From: Rhizodiscina lignyota | Lineage: Eukaryota | NCBI GenBank assembly: GCA_010015805.1 | Contig: ML978122.1 | Location: 2,514,453 to 2,578,452, forward strand | Direction of reading: 5' to 3' | DNA length: 64,000 bases | Shown here: piece by piece, positions 1 through 12,523 of the stretch | Numbering within the stretch: position 1 is the stretch's first letter | Layout: the number at the start of each line of letters is the position of its first letter | Notes under the pieces: generated by a model | Database searches by the model: none | Told to the model about the DNA's origin: nothing | The model's input: only the letters and a program-made list of their open reading frames with translations | Made by a program: the position numbers and the translations under genes

Positions 1-526
1 ACCCTTCGCAACAAGAGAGAGTTGAAACGCTTGTCTCGTTGCCCCGCTTAGCCTTGCTGGCCTTATGCAACAACCCTCACGCCGCATTTGCCATCGCCAT
101 TCCACCAAAAGTTGGGCATAACAAGATCAGGGCTGAAATCACCGTTAAACCGTTGCGATCTGTCAATTGGACTATCTAACGGCGCCTTTCTGTATGTTCG
201 CCGTCGTTTTGTACATAGGAGGGATGTCCACGTACTGATCAGGCCATGCATAGGCTTCCGAATTCGACCTACGGGCCTCAAAAAGCATACCTACACTACG
301 TTCCAACCTCTGCACGCCCGCCAGTGCGCATCATACCTGCACCCCTCTAAAAACCTCTCGGCCAGTACGCATCCGCTCAAGTTGGCTCTCTCGCCGATCA
401 CTTGAGACACAAGATCGTCGGCTTCGACAATCCCACCAGCCGCAATTGGGGTTTCAACACCCAGCCGAGCGGGATATCTTCGATCTCATATTAGGCCACG
501 CATAGAGATTGAGAAGGATCGCGTTC

Positions 527-2826
527 ATGGCTGCTGCTGTCGCGAGACCGCCCCCCATTCCATCACGTTCCTCCACCCCACCTCCGACACTCAGCATCAA
601 CACCTCTTCTCGTGGCACACCTGCTCCGGTCCCAAACAAGCACTTACCGATATGCTCCCCAGGACCACGGCCAGATCATGGACTACAAACTCCGCCGGCC
701 TCGCCACCACAGAAGGAATCTGTTATCGAGCAGGCATCTCTCCTCTTCCCTCCCGACGCATATGACAAGCTTCCCGGGAATGACACACTCTACTCGATCT
801 CAGCCGCTCAAGTAGCTCGAGCAGTCGACCACCTCGCGTCACAGCCGATTCCTGATCCAAAGCAAGTATTTCCATGGCTGCACGGCCTTCATGCCGAGAA
901 TCAAATGCAGCTGCAGTTCTTCGTTCAGAGACGCAAGGCCCTACGAAAGACGCCGAAGTGCATTCGTGGCATAACAATCGTCAAGGTCGGAGGAGATCTG
1001 TCACACTCGAAGCTGAGGGGTGCCATATCACCTGAGGAGCTCATGCCTCCGCAAGGCTGCAAAGACTACTGTGGCAACTTTATTGACGTTGACCCTCGCG
1101 ACGGTTTCAGTGTTAGGAACTTCCAGATCCAAGCCTGCAAGATGGCGACGGTATCTGATGTGGTGGTCTACGCCGACGTTGATACAAGTCGTAAGGAGTT
1201 GTTGAGAGTAGCATCAAAGATCGCTCTTTCCCAAAAGGCAATAAGGAAGAAGTCTGCCGAGGTCGGGGAAGAATTGCCAACGTACAATACTTTTGTGGTT
1301 TCTGGTGAGTCTTAGGGCGTGCACTGTGTGGGAATTCTCTTATTAACTCTTAGAGACTCCTTTAAAACCTTCGAGACCGATTATCCGGAGCTAGTCTCGA
1401 TCGATTCCTGTGGTGACATGACTGGGAAGGTCGTCGATTTCTGTAAGTATTAGCTATACCGTCTTACTGTGCAACCACTAACAATCATCTTTAGTCCATC
1501 GTGAGCGTCTAGAAATGCATACCATGTCTTCTGCTTCCGAGATTGCACCCAACGTCTTTCTTGGTCCTACTCCAGATCTGGCCAACTTCCCACCGGCATC
1601 ACCGGACCAGGCAGAATATGATGTCTACATCGAAGCTAGTGACCTAGCTCAGATCCCAGACACCCGGACATTGCAAGCGATGAAGTCACTCCTCGACCAG
1701 CCTGATCATACTCCGCTGCAGCTTGAGTTTCCATCATCAGGAAGTATCATGCCACCCACCTGGTCTCAAGCTGAAGCTGATGGACTGATGGAGATGTGCC
1801 ATTGGATCCACGACATCGCAACTGCTGCACCCGATATCACAGACCACGACCTTGGCTCGTCTGTCGATAGTTGTGGTGACTCTGTCATGCGTTCTCCTTC
1901 GCCTCCGTCTCGCTCTTCACCGATCATCCCACTAAAGCGGACACCGAAGCGGGTTCTGATTCACTGTACCGATGGATACACCGAATCAACTTTGCTGGGC
2001 ATGACGTACTTCATGTTCGTTCACGCGCTGCCGGTCGCGACTGCCTGGGTTAAGCTACACCGCGATAACCTTCGCAACTTTTTTGCGTATCCCTCTGATG
2101 TTTCTCTCCTCACCTCCATTCAACCTCGGATTCTTCAAGAGTCACCGAAGAATTCCTCTTCAGATGGCCTCTCATGCACCTTGCCGAACATGCCTCAAGA
2201 CCCAGCTTGGTTAGCGAGGATCGATGGATCTCTCCCCAGCAGAATCCTTCCGTATATGTATCTCGGCAATCTTGGTCATGCCAATAATCCGGAGTTACTA
2301 AAAGAGCTGGGCATTAGTCGCATTCTTTCTGTCGGCGAACCGGTTAGCTGGTCCGAAGCCACACGGAAAGATTGGGGCCACGAGAATCTGCTCTTCATAG
2401 ATAACGTTCAGGATAATGGTGTCGATCCGTTGACCAGTGAATTCGGTCGATGCTTGGCGTTCATTGAGAAGGGCAAGCTGGACGGCACTTCCACACTGGT
2501 ACATTGCAGAGTTGGCGTTTCTCGAAGCGCGACAATTTGCATCGCTGAGGTCATGAACGAGTTGGGTTTGTCGTTTCCGCGGGCATACTGCTTTGTACGG
2601 GCGAGGCGGTTGAATGTCATCATTCAGCCTCATCTGCGCTTCACGTAAGTCCGAACGTCCTTTCCACCACGAATGGTTAGTTTATTAATGGTATTGTAGT
2701 TATGAGCTCCTCAAGTGGGAGGAGTACCAACGCATACGCCGCAACGAACCGCTTCGCCGAGAACTTGAATGGGCTACGATATGCCGCGAGATTGCTCTTA
2801 TGAACAAGCCTTACTCGCGGCAATAG
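527..2826 (+). CDS. PPS1: Dual-specificity protein phosphatase PPS1-like; introns 1305-1355, 1443-1494, 2645-2699
   Basis: VFPWLHGLH and GFSVRNFQIQ N-terminal motifs, a degenerate first DSP site (HCTDGYTES), a catalytic HCRVGVSRS site; the splice sites join the ORFs in frame up to TAG at 2824-2826. Confidence 0.9.
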
Positions 2827-4360
2827 CGTCGCTTTTTGATTCTCTTCACCTTCCATACGTGTCTCTGTCTCTGTGCTTATTGGTCGATGCTTGTCGTCAA
2901 CTAATATCCAGTTCAGTTACGCGTGGATGGAAGACCTCCGTCAGGGTTGGATTGAGAGCTCATTTGCTCACATTGTTCAGCCTTGCCGGATTCCACACCT
3001 TTCACCTTTTGAATCTCTTCCCTTCGTACAGATACCCCGCGCTTCACCTTACCTCATTGTATTTTCGATCTTCGAAAGGCACCTAGGGTTTGGGAGAGCG
3101 GAGCATAGCGGGTATATGCGTTGTACGAATCACACGGGCATGGGCACATTCACGACTCTGGAACGACGTTATGGCTTTGGATGCGATACGGATACATGAT
3201 CATGGCATATGAAGGGCAACGGGCGCGTTATGAACTGTCGTTTACGATACCACTTTTCAGGATATGGGCGTGTTCTGGTTTGTTTACTATATGGACTGCT
3301 TTTTTCTCTCGACGTTTAGGATGACTTCAGAAGGGTCTGGCGGTCTGGGCGCTTGGCGTCTGGAGAAGGGCCCAAAAATGGACCTTTTCGTCGGAGCTGG
3401 CTGGCATTTGCCGAAAAGCTGCGTGTTTGCTCATTTTCTCTTGAAGTTTTGAGAATGTGCTGTTGCTCCTCGGCTGCTGGGCTGATATCGAGCAATCATT
3501 TTGCTTTCTCCGTGGACGCGCGGGCTTACCTTTCTCGGTGTATTAGTTGTACTCATTTGAAAGGTTCTTTGCTGCCCGCTTTGCTCATTCGATCTTGCTT
3601 TCTCGCTTTGCCCCACACGCGTTTGATGTAAAAGCTGGTATCGTGACGGCCTGGCTAGCTGGAAGTCTTACATTCTACCTTACTCTGAGCATTTCCTGTC
3701 TTTGCGTGAAGTGGTGACTGAACGCACGCACTGAAAACCTCACGCTAAGTCTTTTAAGCCTTAATCTAAAGTGGAAATTATAAAGGCGAGGATGTTAAGG
3801 AATAGTGGCTGTCCGCTTCCATCTTTGAGATGACACCCGAGCCGCAGTATTGGTGTGTAGGAAACCGGTGTATGCGGCAGTGCCGCAGAGTGGTATACGT
3901 GAGAAAAAGACAAGCAACCGGAAGGCAGCAGGCATGCAAGAAGATGTCGTCCCCGAAGGCTGGTATCGTATATCGGTGGGTTACTCAGCTCTCCCCAAAC
4001 ATAAACGATAACGCCGTCCAGGATATATGCATGTATCTCACTTGGTACCGACAAAGACTGGAGACACGTTTCCTCCTTCCCGCTGATAATCCGGCTGCGC
4101 CCTATCACGGAAAGGGTGTGATAAAGCGACTTCTGTATACATCCTTCTATACGTCACATCAGAGTAGCCTCCTTCCAACGCCTCCACTAATAAAATGTAT
4201 GGGGCACTAGCAGCTACAGATGGTTCGTTGCCACCTTACACCGGTGATATGCATTCACCTGTACTTGCAGCTGCGGGGCTGTTACCGCCCGCTCACACGA
4301 CAACACCATGGGGGAATATACAAGAAGCAACGAACCAGACGTTTTCTAATGCTGCCAAAG

Positions 4361-5994
4361 ATGGCTCCAAAGGCTAGCTCCACACCAAAGACTCTGGCAG
4401 CCCATCCTCCGAGCGTCGAAGAAGGGTTAATACCCGCCATTCGAAGGCTCATTTCTTCAGTCAAGGCAGTGAGCTCTCTTAACGACTTTGAGCTCATTGC
4501 CGACCAATTTGACTCAACTGAACGACTTCAAGGCGAGCTTGAGGAGAAGGAGACGCAATTGGACGTACACCTGAAGTCGGTTGGGAAATTAGTAAATGAG
4601 AAGGCTTCTCTCGAACTGTCACTCGAAGAGAGAGACGAGACAGTAAATAAGGCTGAGAAGAAAGCGGACAGCTTACAGAAGCGCGTCCAGCAGCTTGAAG
4701 AAGCAATACATAAGCAGAATGACATCCTGACAAAATTCAAAGCCAAAACAATAGATCAGGAAAAGGAGCTGAAGGCACGGGAGGAGCAGGTCAAACAGCT
4801 AGGAAGAAAGCTTCGCGAAGAGCAAGACCGCGCAACACAGTTTGAGGAGGGCTTGAAGCTCCTAAACACTCAACACGCTGCGACCGCCGAAAAGCATGAG
4901 ACGACTGAACGCAGGCTTGCAGAAATCGAGACATATATGAGACGGCTTCGTCATGAAGAACCTAAAGTCTTGTAAGTACTTCGCTAGCAGAGCAAAAGAC
5001 TAATTTGATCATAACCCAAGAGACAGGGTCAACAGAATGAACGCTCTATGGGCGAACACATTCAATCTGGTAGCTACGTACTTCAAGGAGAATCTTCCTA
5101 ATGATTGCCTCAAGGTAAGTCCAACTCATGGCCCCAAAATTCCTCGCACTGAACAATCTTTGGCAGAAAGCATCAGCGTGGGAGTTGCTCCAAGATCCTG
5201 ATATTTTCAACCACCGTGTACCTTTGCCAAGGACAAACTCTGCTCCCGCTAAGCAGATGCGCATCGCTGTTATCCTGGCTATTATTGCCAGGCTCCTTGA
5301 CAAGCACATCTTCTACCTGACACACGAATTAGAAGAGCACAGCGGGATTCGTACCACATTGCTTCAAATTGCGGTAGATCACAGTGCAAAGGAGTCATTT
5401 GTACGATCAGTACTTCTTTCCTTGTCTCCAGAGGACGAAGAAGCCACAACTGAGAGAATCAATACCTTCAGGGAACAAGTCATGGCTTACGTGGAAGAGC
5501 TTCTTGGGACGTCCGCTGCTGCGACTTTTAACTCTGAATTGGAGAAGATTGCTCGAAGCGCCTACGAAACTTGGGATGCTGTCCGAACCACTACGGAAAG
5601 GTACGAGCCGACTTTTGATGCCGACATAGAACAATTTGAATGGAACACCCTTGATTTGGATGCTGCTGTCCCGAATGAAAACACCAGACGTGCAGCTATC
5701 TCTGGTGGGAGGGATGACGAACTTCTAATCGTTCTTCCACAGTTCTACGTGGTCAAAAATAACAAGCCACCTCAGCTCATCGCTGACGGCACTGTGTTGA
5801 GACGCTCTCAATCGCTAGCTGCAGCGCAAGAGGAAAACAGACAAAAGTCAAATCCGGCTTTTGCGAAGACGGCGTCGAAGGGCCAGTCTGCTAGACGAAT
5901 GAGTAGGGTTAATACTCTTCCGATTTCGCCAGAGCTCAATGGCAACCAGGACGTTGAACCTTTTTTAGGCCAGGAGCATGGAGGAAACAACTAA
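4361..5994 (+). CDS. Uncharacterised fungal coiled-coil protein; introns 4972-5026, 5115-5166
   Basis: Long E/K/Q-rich heptad region followed by a globular-looking region (VPLPRTNSAPAKQMRIAVIL); two GT-AG introns connect ORFs 4220 and 5128 in frame. Confidence 0.75.
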
Positions 5995-6061
5995 AGTGGA
6001 GAAAGAGACTTCTTTGCAGTTTATTCTAACTTAAGTTTTGGTATCTTCTCTGTCTTTCGCC

Positions 6062-6250
6062 TTACGTACAAGGCCTTAATATCACCTCGTCGGCTTTCGG
6101 AATAGTTAGTTCAGGGGGCTTCGGCATATCTCTAAGTAATCTATCTAGGTTGAGTGGATACAAACTTGTAGCGGCAAAGCCAGCCTTGATATTCTTTCGC
6201 GTGAACGCTCTGGCCCTTATAGGGCTAAATAAAGGCCCGGTAAGAAAATT
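6062..6250 (-). mobile_element. Fragment of a pogo/Fot1-like DDE transposase (relic)
   Basis: Translation FSPIRARAFTRKNIKAGFAATSLYPLNLDRLLRDMPKPPELTIPKADEV resembles the region following the DDE domain of fungal pogo/Fot1 transposases; no complete ORF or TIRs seen. Confidence 0.7.
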
Positions 6251-6586
6251 AATGTTGACATCGTCGTGAACGAGATTGTGACAGATCGCCTCGAGGAGCA
6301 TCTTCGAGTTGCGAACGATGACAGGCCATGTCCGGCCGCTGGCGAGCTTATGTGTCCAGTAGATATGGTCGACGCCCTAGTTGAACGCGACCTCGCGATG
6401 TTTTGCTAGGAAGTCGAAGAGTCCCCCAAAGTCGACTGTACATGCGAGGATGTCTTCAATCTTTTCGAATGTCCCCTGACGATCCTGAGGCGAGCTGATC
6501 TGTTTGATCTTTGGTCGCTGTAACGTCTGGATTGTTCGTTGAGACGGAATTCAGGTGGCGATTGATGGACTTGTTTGTCTCCTCCT

Positions 6587-6935
6587 TTTAAGCAAATTCC
6601 ACTCTGCGGTCCCTCCAGCTGCACCCATGACTTGGCTTGACCCAGATATGGATATTGTCTTCGCCAGGGGAGGTAGCTTGAAGCGCAAGTTGAAATTGCG
6701 CGTTGTCGATGATTATCCTACTCTTGCATCTACTACTTTTGGTGTTGATAACTTCTACTCTCAGCTCGTAGTCCTTTGGATAAAGCTGCGTCTTGTCGAA
6801 TAGTAGCGCTTCCAGTTGCTTAAGCTTAACGAGGTCGACGATCTCATTATCAGGCTTGACTTTGCTGATAATAGACAGTAGTAACAGTTCTCTCGTCTCC
6901 AGAAACTCCGGTAGACCAGGGACGCCATCGGATTA
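6587..6935 (-). pseudogene. Degenerate coding fragment of unknown family
   Basis: Stop-free frame without a start codon reading VPGLPEFLETRELLLLSIISKVKPDNEIVDLVKLKQLEALLFDK...IHIWVKP, bounded by TAA codons; adjacent to the transposon relic. Confidence 0.35.
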
Positions 6936-7480
6936 GATCACCAGTTTCTGCGAACGCCAGGGATCTCTCGAGGCGGAAGAAGGTTGGCATTCTCGTCAAG
7001 CGGTTTGGGAAGCGTTGCTGGCATGTCTGCGGACAAAGAATATCGTCGCATCTCTGCATGTCGTGCCATTCAGCTTCCATCCCCGACTCTAAAAGCGTGC
7101 TGCTATGCAGCTATGCTCGAAGACCAATAGTGCAAATTGCCTTCATCTGGCCGAAGTGTCTCGCAGGTAGGTCTTGAGGTCGATTTGCCGGGAATGCATG
7201 AAAGAGAGCTGCTCTGGAAAGTTATTCTAATTCGGAACAGGCTCTCGCTTTCCCTCAAATGATTATTAGATTCGGCGGTGATTATGAGTAGAACTATCGA
7301 AGAGTGATACACAGCTAAGGGAGCGTACTATTAGAGAACGAGGAGATATTCCGAGACAGTCAAGCGAACGTCAGGAATAGCGAACCACTCAGACCTTGAA
7401 TGGAAGAAATCCTCCAACCACGTACTATCCCCATATAGTTATCATCCACACAGAGTTAGCTCTCCTCCGGCAAAATCATT

Positions 7481-8965
7481 TCACTTGATGTTCGCAGCCG
7501 GAACCTGAATATCATTCAGCGGCACAAGCGTCGCCACCGAAATATGCGGCCAGCTAAGCGTATTGAAATTGAGAAGCACATTCTGGGAATACTGGATCTG
7601 AATTGCCTCGCACTGATATGTGCCCTTCTTAATGGGCTTGTCCGTCGGGAACGCAAATATCGGGACTGTGTCTGGCACAAACTGAGGAACCGTATTCGGT
7701 GTCGGGCTCGGGAACAATCTGAGCTGCTTGGGCTTACCATGCTCCACGCCAGGTTGCCAGTCTGCTGTGACGTTGATAGAGTATTGCACGCGCGAGATCC
7801 AGAATGTAGATTCAACTTTCGCGGCGCTGGCGTTGGGCTGGGCCGCTGCGTTTACGACACCGCCGTCGAGAAAGGCGATATTCGCCGTTCCATTGGCTTC
7901 CGCCTTCAGGTTTGTGGCCGCTGTCGTGAGGTCGCTTTTGATCTGTGTCGCCTCCGCAGTGGTGAATGTTCCCATTCTTCCGACCGCATCGTTCAGTGTG
8001 TTGGCTGCCATGAGGTACGGGCAGGCTTGCTGTTTGAGAGGGGTCTCCAGAGGAGTTGTCTTGACGGTAAATGTGACGGTGTCCAGGATCTTCTTCCCGG
8101 CATTGTGTGCGATGAGAAGGGAGTTCGGATTCGTCAGCATGTCTTGGGTAATGGCGCCATTGGATTTGAATTGTGACAGGTCTTTTGGCTCTCTAGTCGT
8201 TGCCTGGTTGTTTATGTCAAACTCGACGAAAGGTATGAGGCTTTTAGGATCGCCGATTCGAAACGGAGTAGAGTCGGTAGGGGAAATGACCGGTGGCACG
8301 TTCGCCTTGGTAGCTGCCTGGCCTTGAGCATTAATTGTTGTTCCATGGGGAATTGATGCCATGCGAGAAATCGTAGCATTATTCGGATTCGGACTAGACG
8401 CTGGGATATGCACAAACAATCCAGGCTCAAAATGAATATCTGTGATATCTTTCTGGCGACTCGCGTCTTTGGCCTTGCCGTTTTTAAAGACATCGATGCG
8501 TTTCCCCTCCTGTCCTGTAACATCTCTCACGACTTGGACATAGTGTATGCCACGAAGAAAGATGTCTCTCTGATCACCGACGCCACGGTTGGGAACTGGA
8601 CCAAGATCTCCAGTCTTCAAGTCGGATGGGAATGTCCACGTTTCGTGCGTGAGGTTGAGCTCGAGGCGCTCAGGGCCAGGGAACTTATCCGACTTTGACC
8701 CCACGTTTTGAGGACGGAATATGAGGTTGAACCCCGGTCCAGAAAAGACTCCTGCAAAGTTGGCAATGGCTTCCCCAAAGGTCTGCTGTGGTGTAAGTAT
8801 AGGTTGTTGAGTAACTTGAAAATGGACACCAGGAGGCTTCGGCACGAGGTTCGAGTCAGCTGATTGAAGCTTGAAGTCTACAGGCAAGGATATGCCGGGG
8901 ATATCATCGCGAAAGAGCTCCTGAGGTGGAGGAACGTCGTCGGCGAGAATTGATCGAGAAGCCAT
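7481..8965 (-). CDS. Intronless 494-aa protein, putative FMP-type peroxidase / heme-binding protein family
   Basis: Motifs GFNLIFRP, LELNLTHET, VPNRG, IHFEPG, RMASIPHGTT, STFWI and IQYSQNVLLNF..SWPHISVATL, recalled as typical of this family. Confidence 0.65.
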   Translation of the reverse strand: MASRSILADDVPPPQELFRDDIPGISLPVDFKLQSADSNLVPKPPGVHFQVTQQPILTPQQTFGEAIANFAGVFSGPGFNLIFRPQNVGSKSDKFPGPERLELNLTHETWTFPSDLKTGDLGPVPNRGVGDQRDIFLRGIHYVQVVRDVTGQEGKRIDVFKNGKAKDASRQKDITDIHFEPGLFVHIPASSPNPNNATISRMASIPHGTTINAQGQAATKANVPPVISPTDSTPFRIGDPKSLIPFVEFDINNQATTREPKDLSQFKSNGAITQDMLTNPNSLLIAHNAGKKILDTVTFTVKTTPLETPLKQQACPYLMAANTLNDAVGRMGTFTTAEATQIKSDLTTAATNLKAEANGTANIAFLDGGVVNAAAQPNASAAKVESTFWISRVQYSINVTADWQPGVEHGKPKQLRLFPSPTPNTVPQFVPDTVPIFAFPTDKPIKKGTYQCEAIQIQYSQNVLLNFNTLSWPHISVATLVPLNDIQVPAANIK

Positions 8966-10930
8966 ATCTACAGTTGGTAGTGTGAATGATAGCGTGGAAT
9001 AGAACCAGTAGTATCCTAGATATGCGACAGTACAATCTCTGAGCCTTTGAGGATATTGAGAATCAGGAGACGAGAATCATGGAACGAGATGGCAGTTCAT
9101 ATCAACGAGGTGTCTAGCTTCTTAAATATTGATTTGGTACTCCTCCTCCCCCTTTAGGCGGTCAGGTAGAGCTGAAGAGCGCATAAAAGGCTGCATGAGA
9201 AGTCGTCGCACTGCGTGACAGAAACAAGGGGCACGTGCAAAGCATAGTACTCATATGGGCGTTTTCGACCTAGATTTTTAGTTGTACGTCGAGGCAAAGC
9301 ACTGCTGAGAAGTCCAAGTTCAGCTCCCATGCGCTGTTTCCAATCAGCACCCGTAAGTATTCGTCTTGCATCGTGCTGGCGGTCTGGATGCCTTGCCAAG
9401 TCAACGCGTGATCGTGTTGATCCTCCGAAAAAGTCTCACTTGAGCGCATCTCCTGCACTCGTCGACAGCGATGAAGCATCCGCCTTTATCCACTACTGCT
9501 ATTGCTGCTGCTGCTACTGATCAGCGACGCGAAAGGAGTGCTGGAAGCGGTTGAGATGCAGATAGATTCAACGACTATTGCAGCTGAGGAATGTAGTCGG
9601 TTTCCTAGCTCTTGGAGGATAACAGTCGCAGCGAATGGTCGGTCTGATGCCTTCTAGATCAACGCCATGTTGCACTTTCACATGCAATACTCCTTGGGAA
9701 GAGAGCGCAAGACGGCTTGTTACAGAGGGAATGCATGTCTCATCTCTCTCCTTCAGTTAGCTGTCGTTGAGAGAGACTTTGGACCGTCCTGCGGAGTCCA
9801 TTTCGGTGAAAGCAAATCAAAGGCCAAGGCCTCGCCCGAGACCCCGCACAACACCAGAGATGATACGAGCAGTTCATTTCAGCTCACCTGGGATGTTTCT
9901 GCAGTGGATTGGCTGATAAGTTTCTGGGTCGGTCGGTTTGAAGAGCTGAAGTTCGCGCCGCTGGTGCCAGCTGCAGGAAGCCTGCTTGGCACGGTTTCGG
10001 CGCTTCAGCCTTGAAAATGGGCCTGTAAAGCGTTGGTGAGCTTGTTAGAAAGGTGCATTCGCGTTAAAATAGGTACCTGCTACTTTTCAGCCTAAGTTGG
10101 CTCGTTCAACTCTCGTAGATAAGTGCGGTGTGGACATAAGGTTGACCCTTGGTGTGATATCCGCTCTACGCTAAGCAATTTCAGGGTAGTTGGATTCAGC
10201 CTAAACCAATAAAAGCTAATTTACTATCATGAATAGGGAAATCTAATCTGATGGACATCATGTAGTGAATATTCAAAGCTCAAAACAATGTCCATTCGAG
10301 CTGCAAACAAGCCTCGCAGGACCAGCCAAAGAAAGCTGCTCTAGGCCTAATGCAGAAGCTACTTATGGATCTGCCTAAGAAGCCTTGTTGGCGGGGCCGC
10401 TCAGCCTACGATTTGATTCCGCAGGACTATACTCCTATCCTCACTAAAGTTAATACCATCCAGGCAGACACGTAACAAACGCTATATGTGGCATCATTGC
10501 CCAATCCGATACCAACACCGTCTTCACAGTGACGGGAGATTCCGACAATCTCAAGAGACGGAGTTACCCGATGCAACACCTTCGGTGACCTTCTATGGTG
10601 ATGTAATGTAAACGTGTTTGGAGCGCCCATGACTCGATTTCCCAGCCTTACAGAAGCTGGACCCCAATCTTATTGGCAAAAATTCGCCGATCCCTCCACG
10701 TGGCAAGCCACCTCTGGCGCTTAGCACGTTTCGAACACACAACATCGTGCACAGACCACTTCGTAATTATTAAGTTCGATTCGAACATCACGACTTCGAT
10801 AGAGAGATCGTGGGATACAGTTCAGCTCTTTTTGATTGCTTTTCTGTATCAATAGATAGACCATCGTGCTGGCGGCTTTGTAGATAGTGCCCAATGCTCT
10901 TCTTTGCTCCGCCAGTTCCTCGTGGTGCTC

Positions 10931-11064
10931 TTTCGCGTGCTTTCGCGTGCTTTCACATGTCGAGTGACAGCTCAAGACAGTGACTCAGAGGCTGGCACTG
11001 AAACGCAGTCTCTTAGTTATGAGAGGCTAGTGTTGTATTAAGGATAGGCTAGTGCTGGATTAAG
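10931..11064. repeat. Short tandem duplications in low-coding DNA
   Basis: tttcgcgtgc x2 at 10931-10950; aggctagtg(t/c)tg(t/g)attaagg x2 at about 11024-11064. Confidence 0.6.
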
Positions 11065-11670
11065 GTTTCGATATCGGAGCGTCATGTTGTCACCTGCGCT
11101 CATACGGCGCTTGCCGCACGCTGTGCACAGGCCATCGAGCAGGGGATTCCAAAGGTATAAATACTTCTCACTTTCCCTCGCACTTCCTCTTCTTCTTTCT
11201 TCGAGCCACAGGGCAGCGCCTTCAGGAAACTGTTCTCACCGAAGACCTTCTGGTCGGGGAAACCCGATCAGCTAAGGGGAGAATGGGGATCAAGGGGGTT
11301 CTGTCAGGCCATTTTCCTATTCTTGAGGTCATTTGGACTCCTTCCTCTTTCGCGGCCCCCCAGGGGGCGCAGTGCTTGAGGTCGTGATCGTCCTTTGGTA
11401 CTCATGCTCCTCCACACTTCGGTTGGAGGGAATTTTTGGAACCCAATATGAGCCTCTTGCTGCTCAGCCATCAATGGCTAAAAGCAAGACCTTTTTTTCA
11501 CTCTCATCTCGGCCTTGTGCCGGGGGCTTGCGAAGAAAAACTTGAATCTTTTGTTTTGTTTTTGAGCATCCACCGATACTCATCCTCGCAGGTTGAAAGC
11601 CATCGAGACCTCTTCCATCACCACTCATATCCTGTATACGGTGTCGAAGAAGAAACAAATTGAATTGGCA

Positions 11671-11710
<40 letters not shown>

Positions 11711-11711
11711 G
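11671..11711. repeat. (GTT)13 microsatellite
   Basis: Direct reading of the sequence. Confidence 0.95.
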
Positions 11712-12523
11712 CTATGAATGACTTGGTGGGAGACGTGACAGTGAAGCTATTCACTTACTCTTTCACTTGCTTTGCCGCACACATTCTGTTAAAGTGATCT
11801 TTGCCCATGCTCTTCTTCAGTCACGAAGGACTTTCCCTCTCGCAACAGCTCTTATCAAATGCTTCATGCGACCGAATGCTGTTAAATTGGTGATGCTGTT
11901 TCTGTCTCTGCAGAGGAGGATAGCTTGACATCGCTGACGTTCAAGGTTATGCCGTCGCTCTAACCGCTTCCAGACTTGATGACCTGCTACGGCCCACGCA
12001 ATATTCGTAGCGTTTATTGCCCAATGTGATCTTGAAGCTCTTCTTTATGACAATTATGAGCTGTGGAATATATTGCAGATCTTTTATAGACGGCGATGCC
12101 TGTGCTGAAGCGTAACCATGTGCAGCTCCATGTCTGGAATCATGCAAGACTATTTCGTCCGCACAAGTCGAATTCGGAGAAAGATGCCCTTCGTCAACGG
12201 CCACGGCAAGTTCACAGCAAAACTTTAAATGCACCTCCGACGTCTGCCTGTCAGACCTCTCATCGCCATCCCGTGAGACGTGAAGCTTCGAGTACACATG
12301 CCTTTGCTGTCTCCTCCAGCGTAGTCAGTAACTCGCCATCTCTGGCACAGGTAAGTGAGCGGAAGCGTGCCGCCCGTCAACTAAGGAGACGTGCCGAAAA
12401 CGTCGCGATTGTCATCGGATGCAACCCCGCGTTCCCTTGCCATGAGAAGATACAATTGTAGATTTGGAATTGCTATCTTCATTTCTAAGCTCTCAGTCTC
12501 CGCATAGCGCTTCCTTTTAATTA

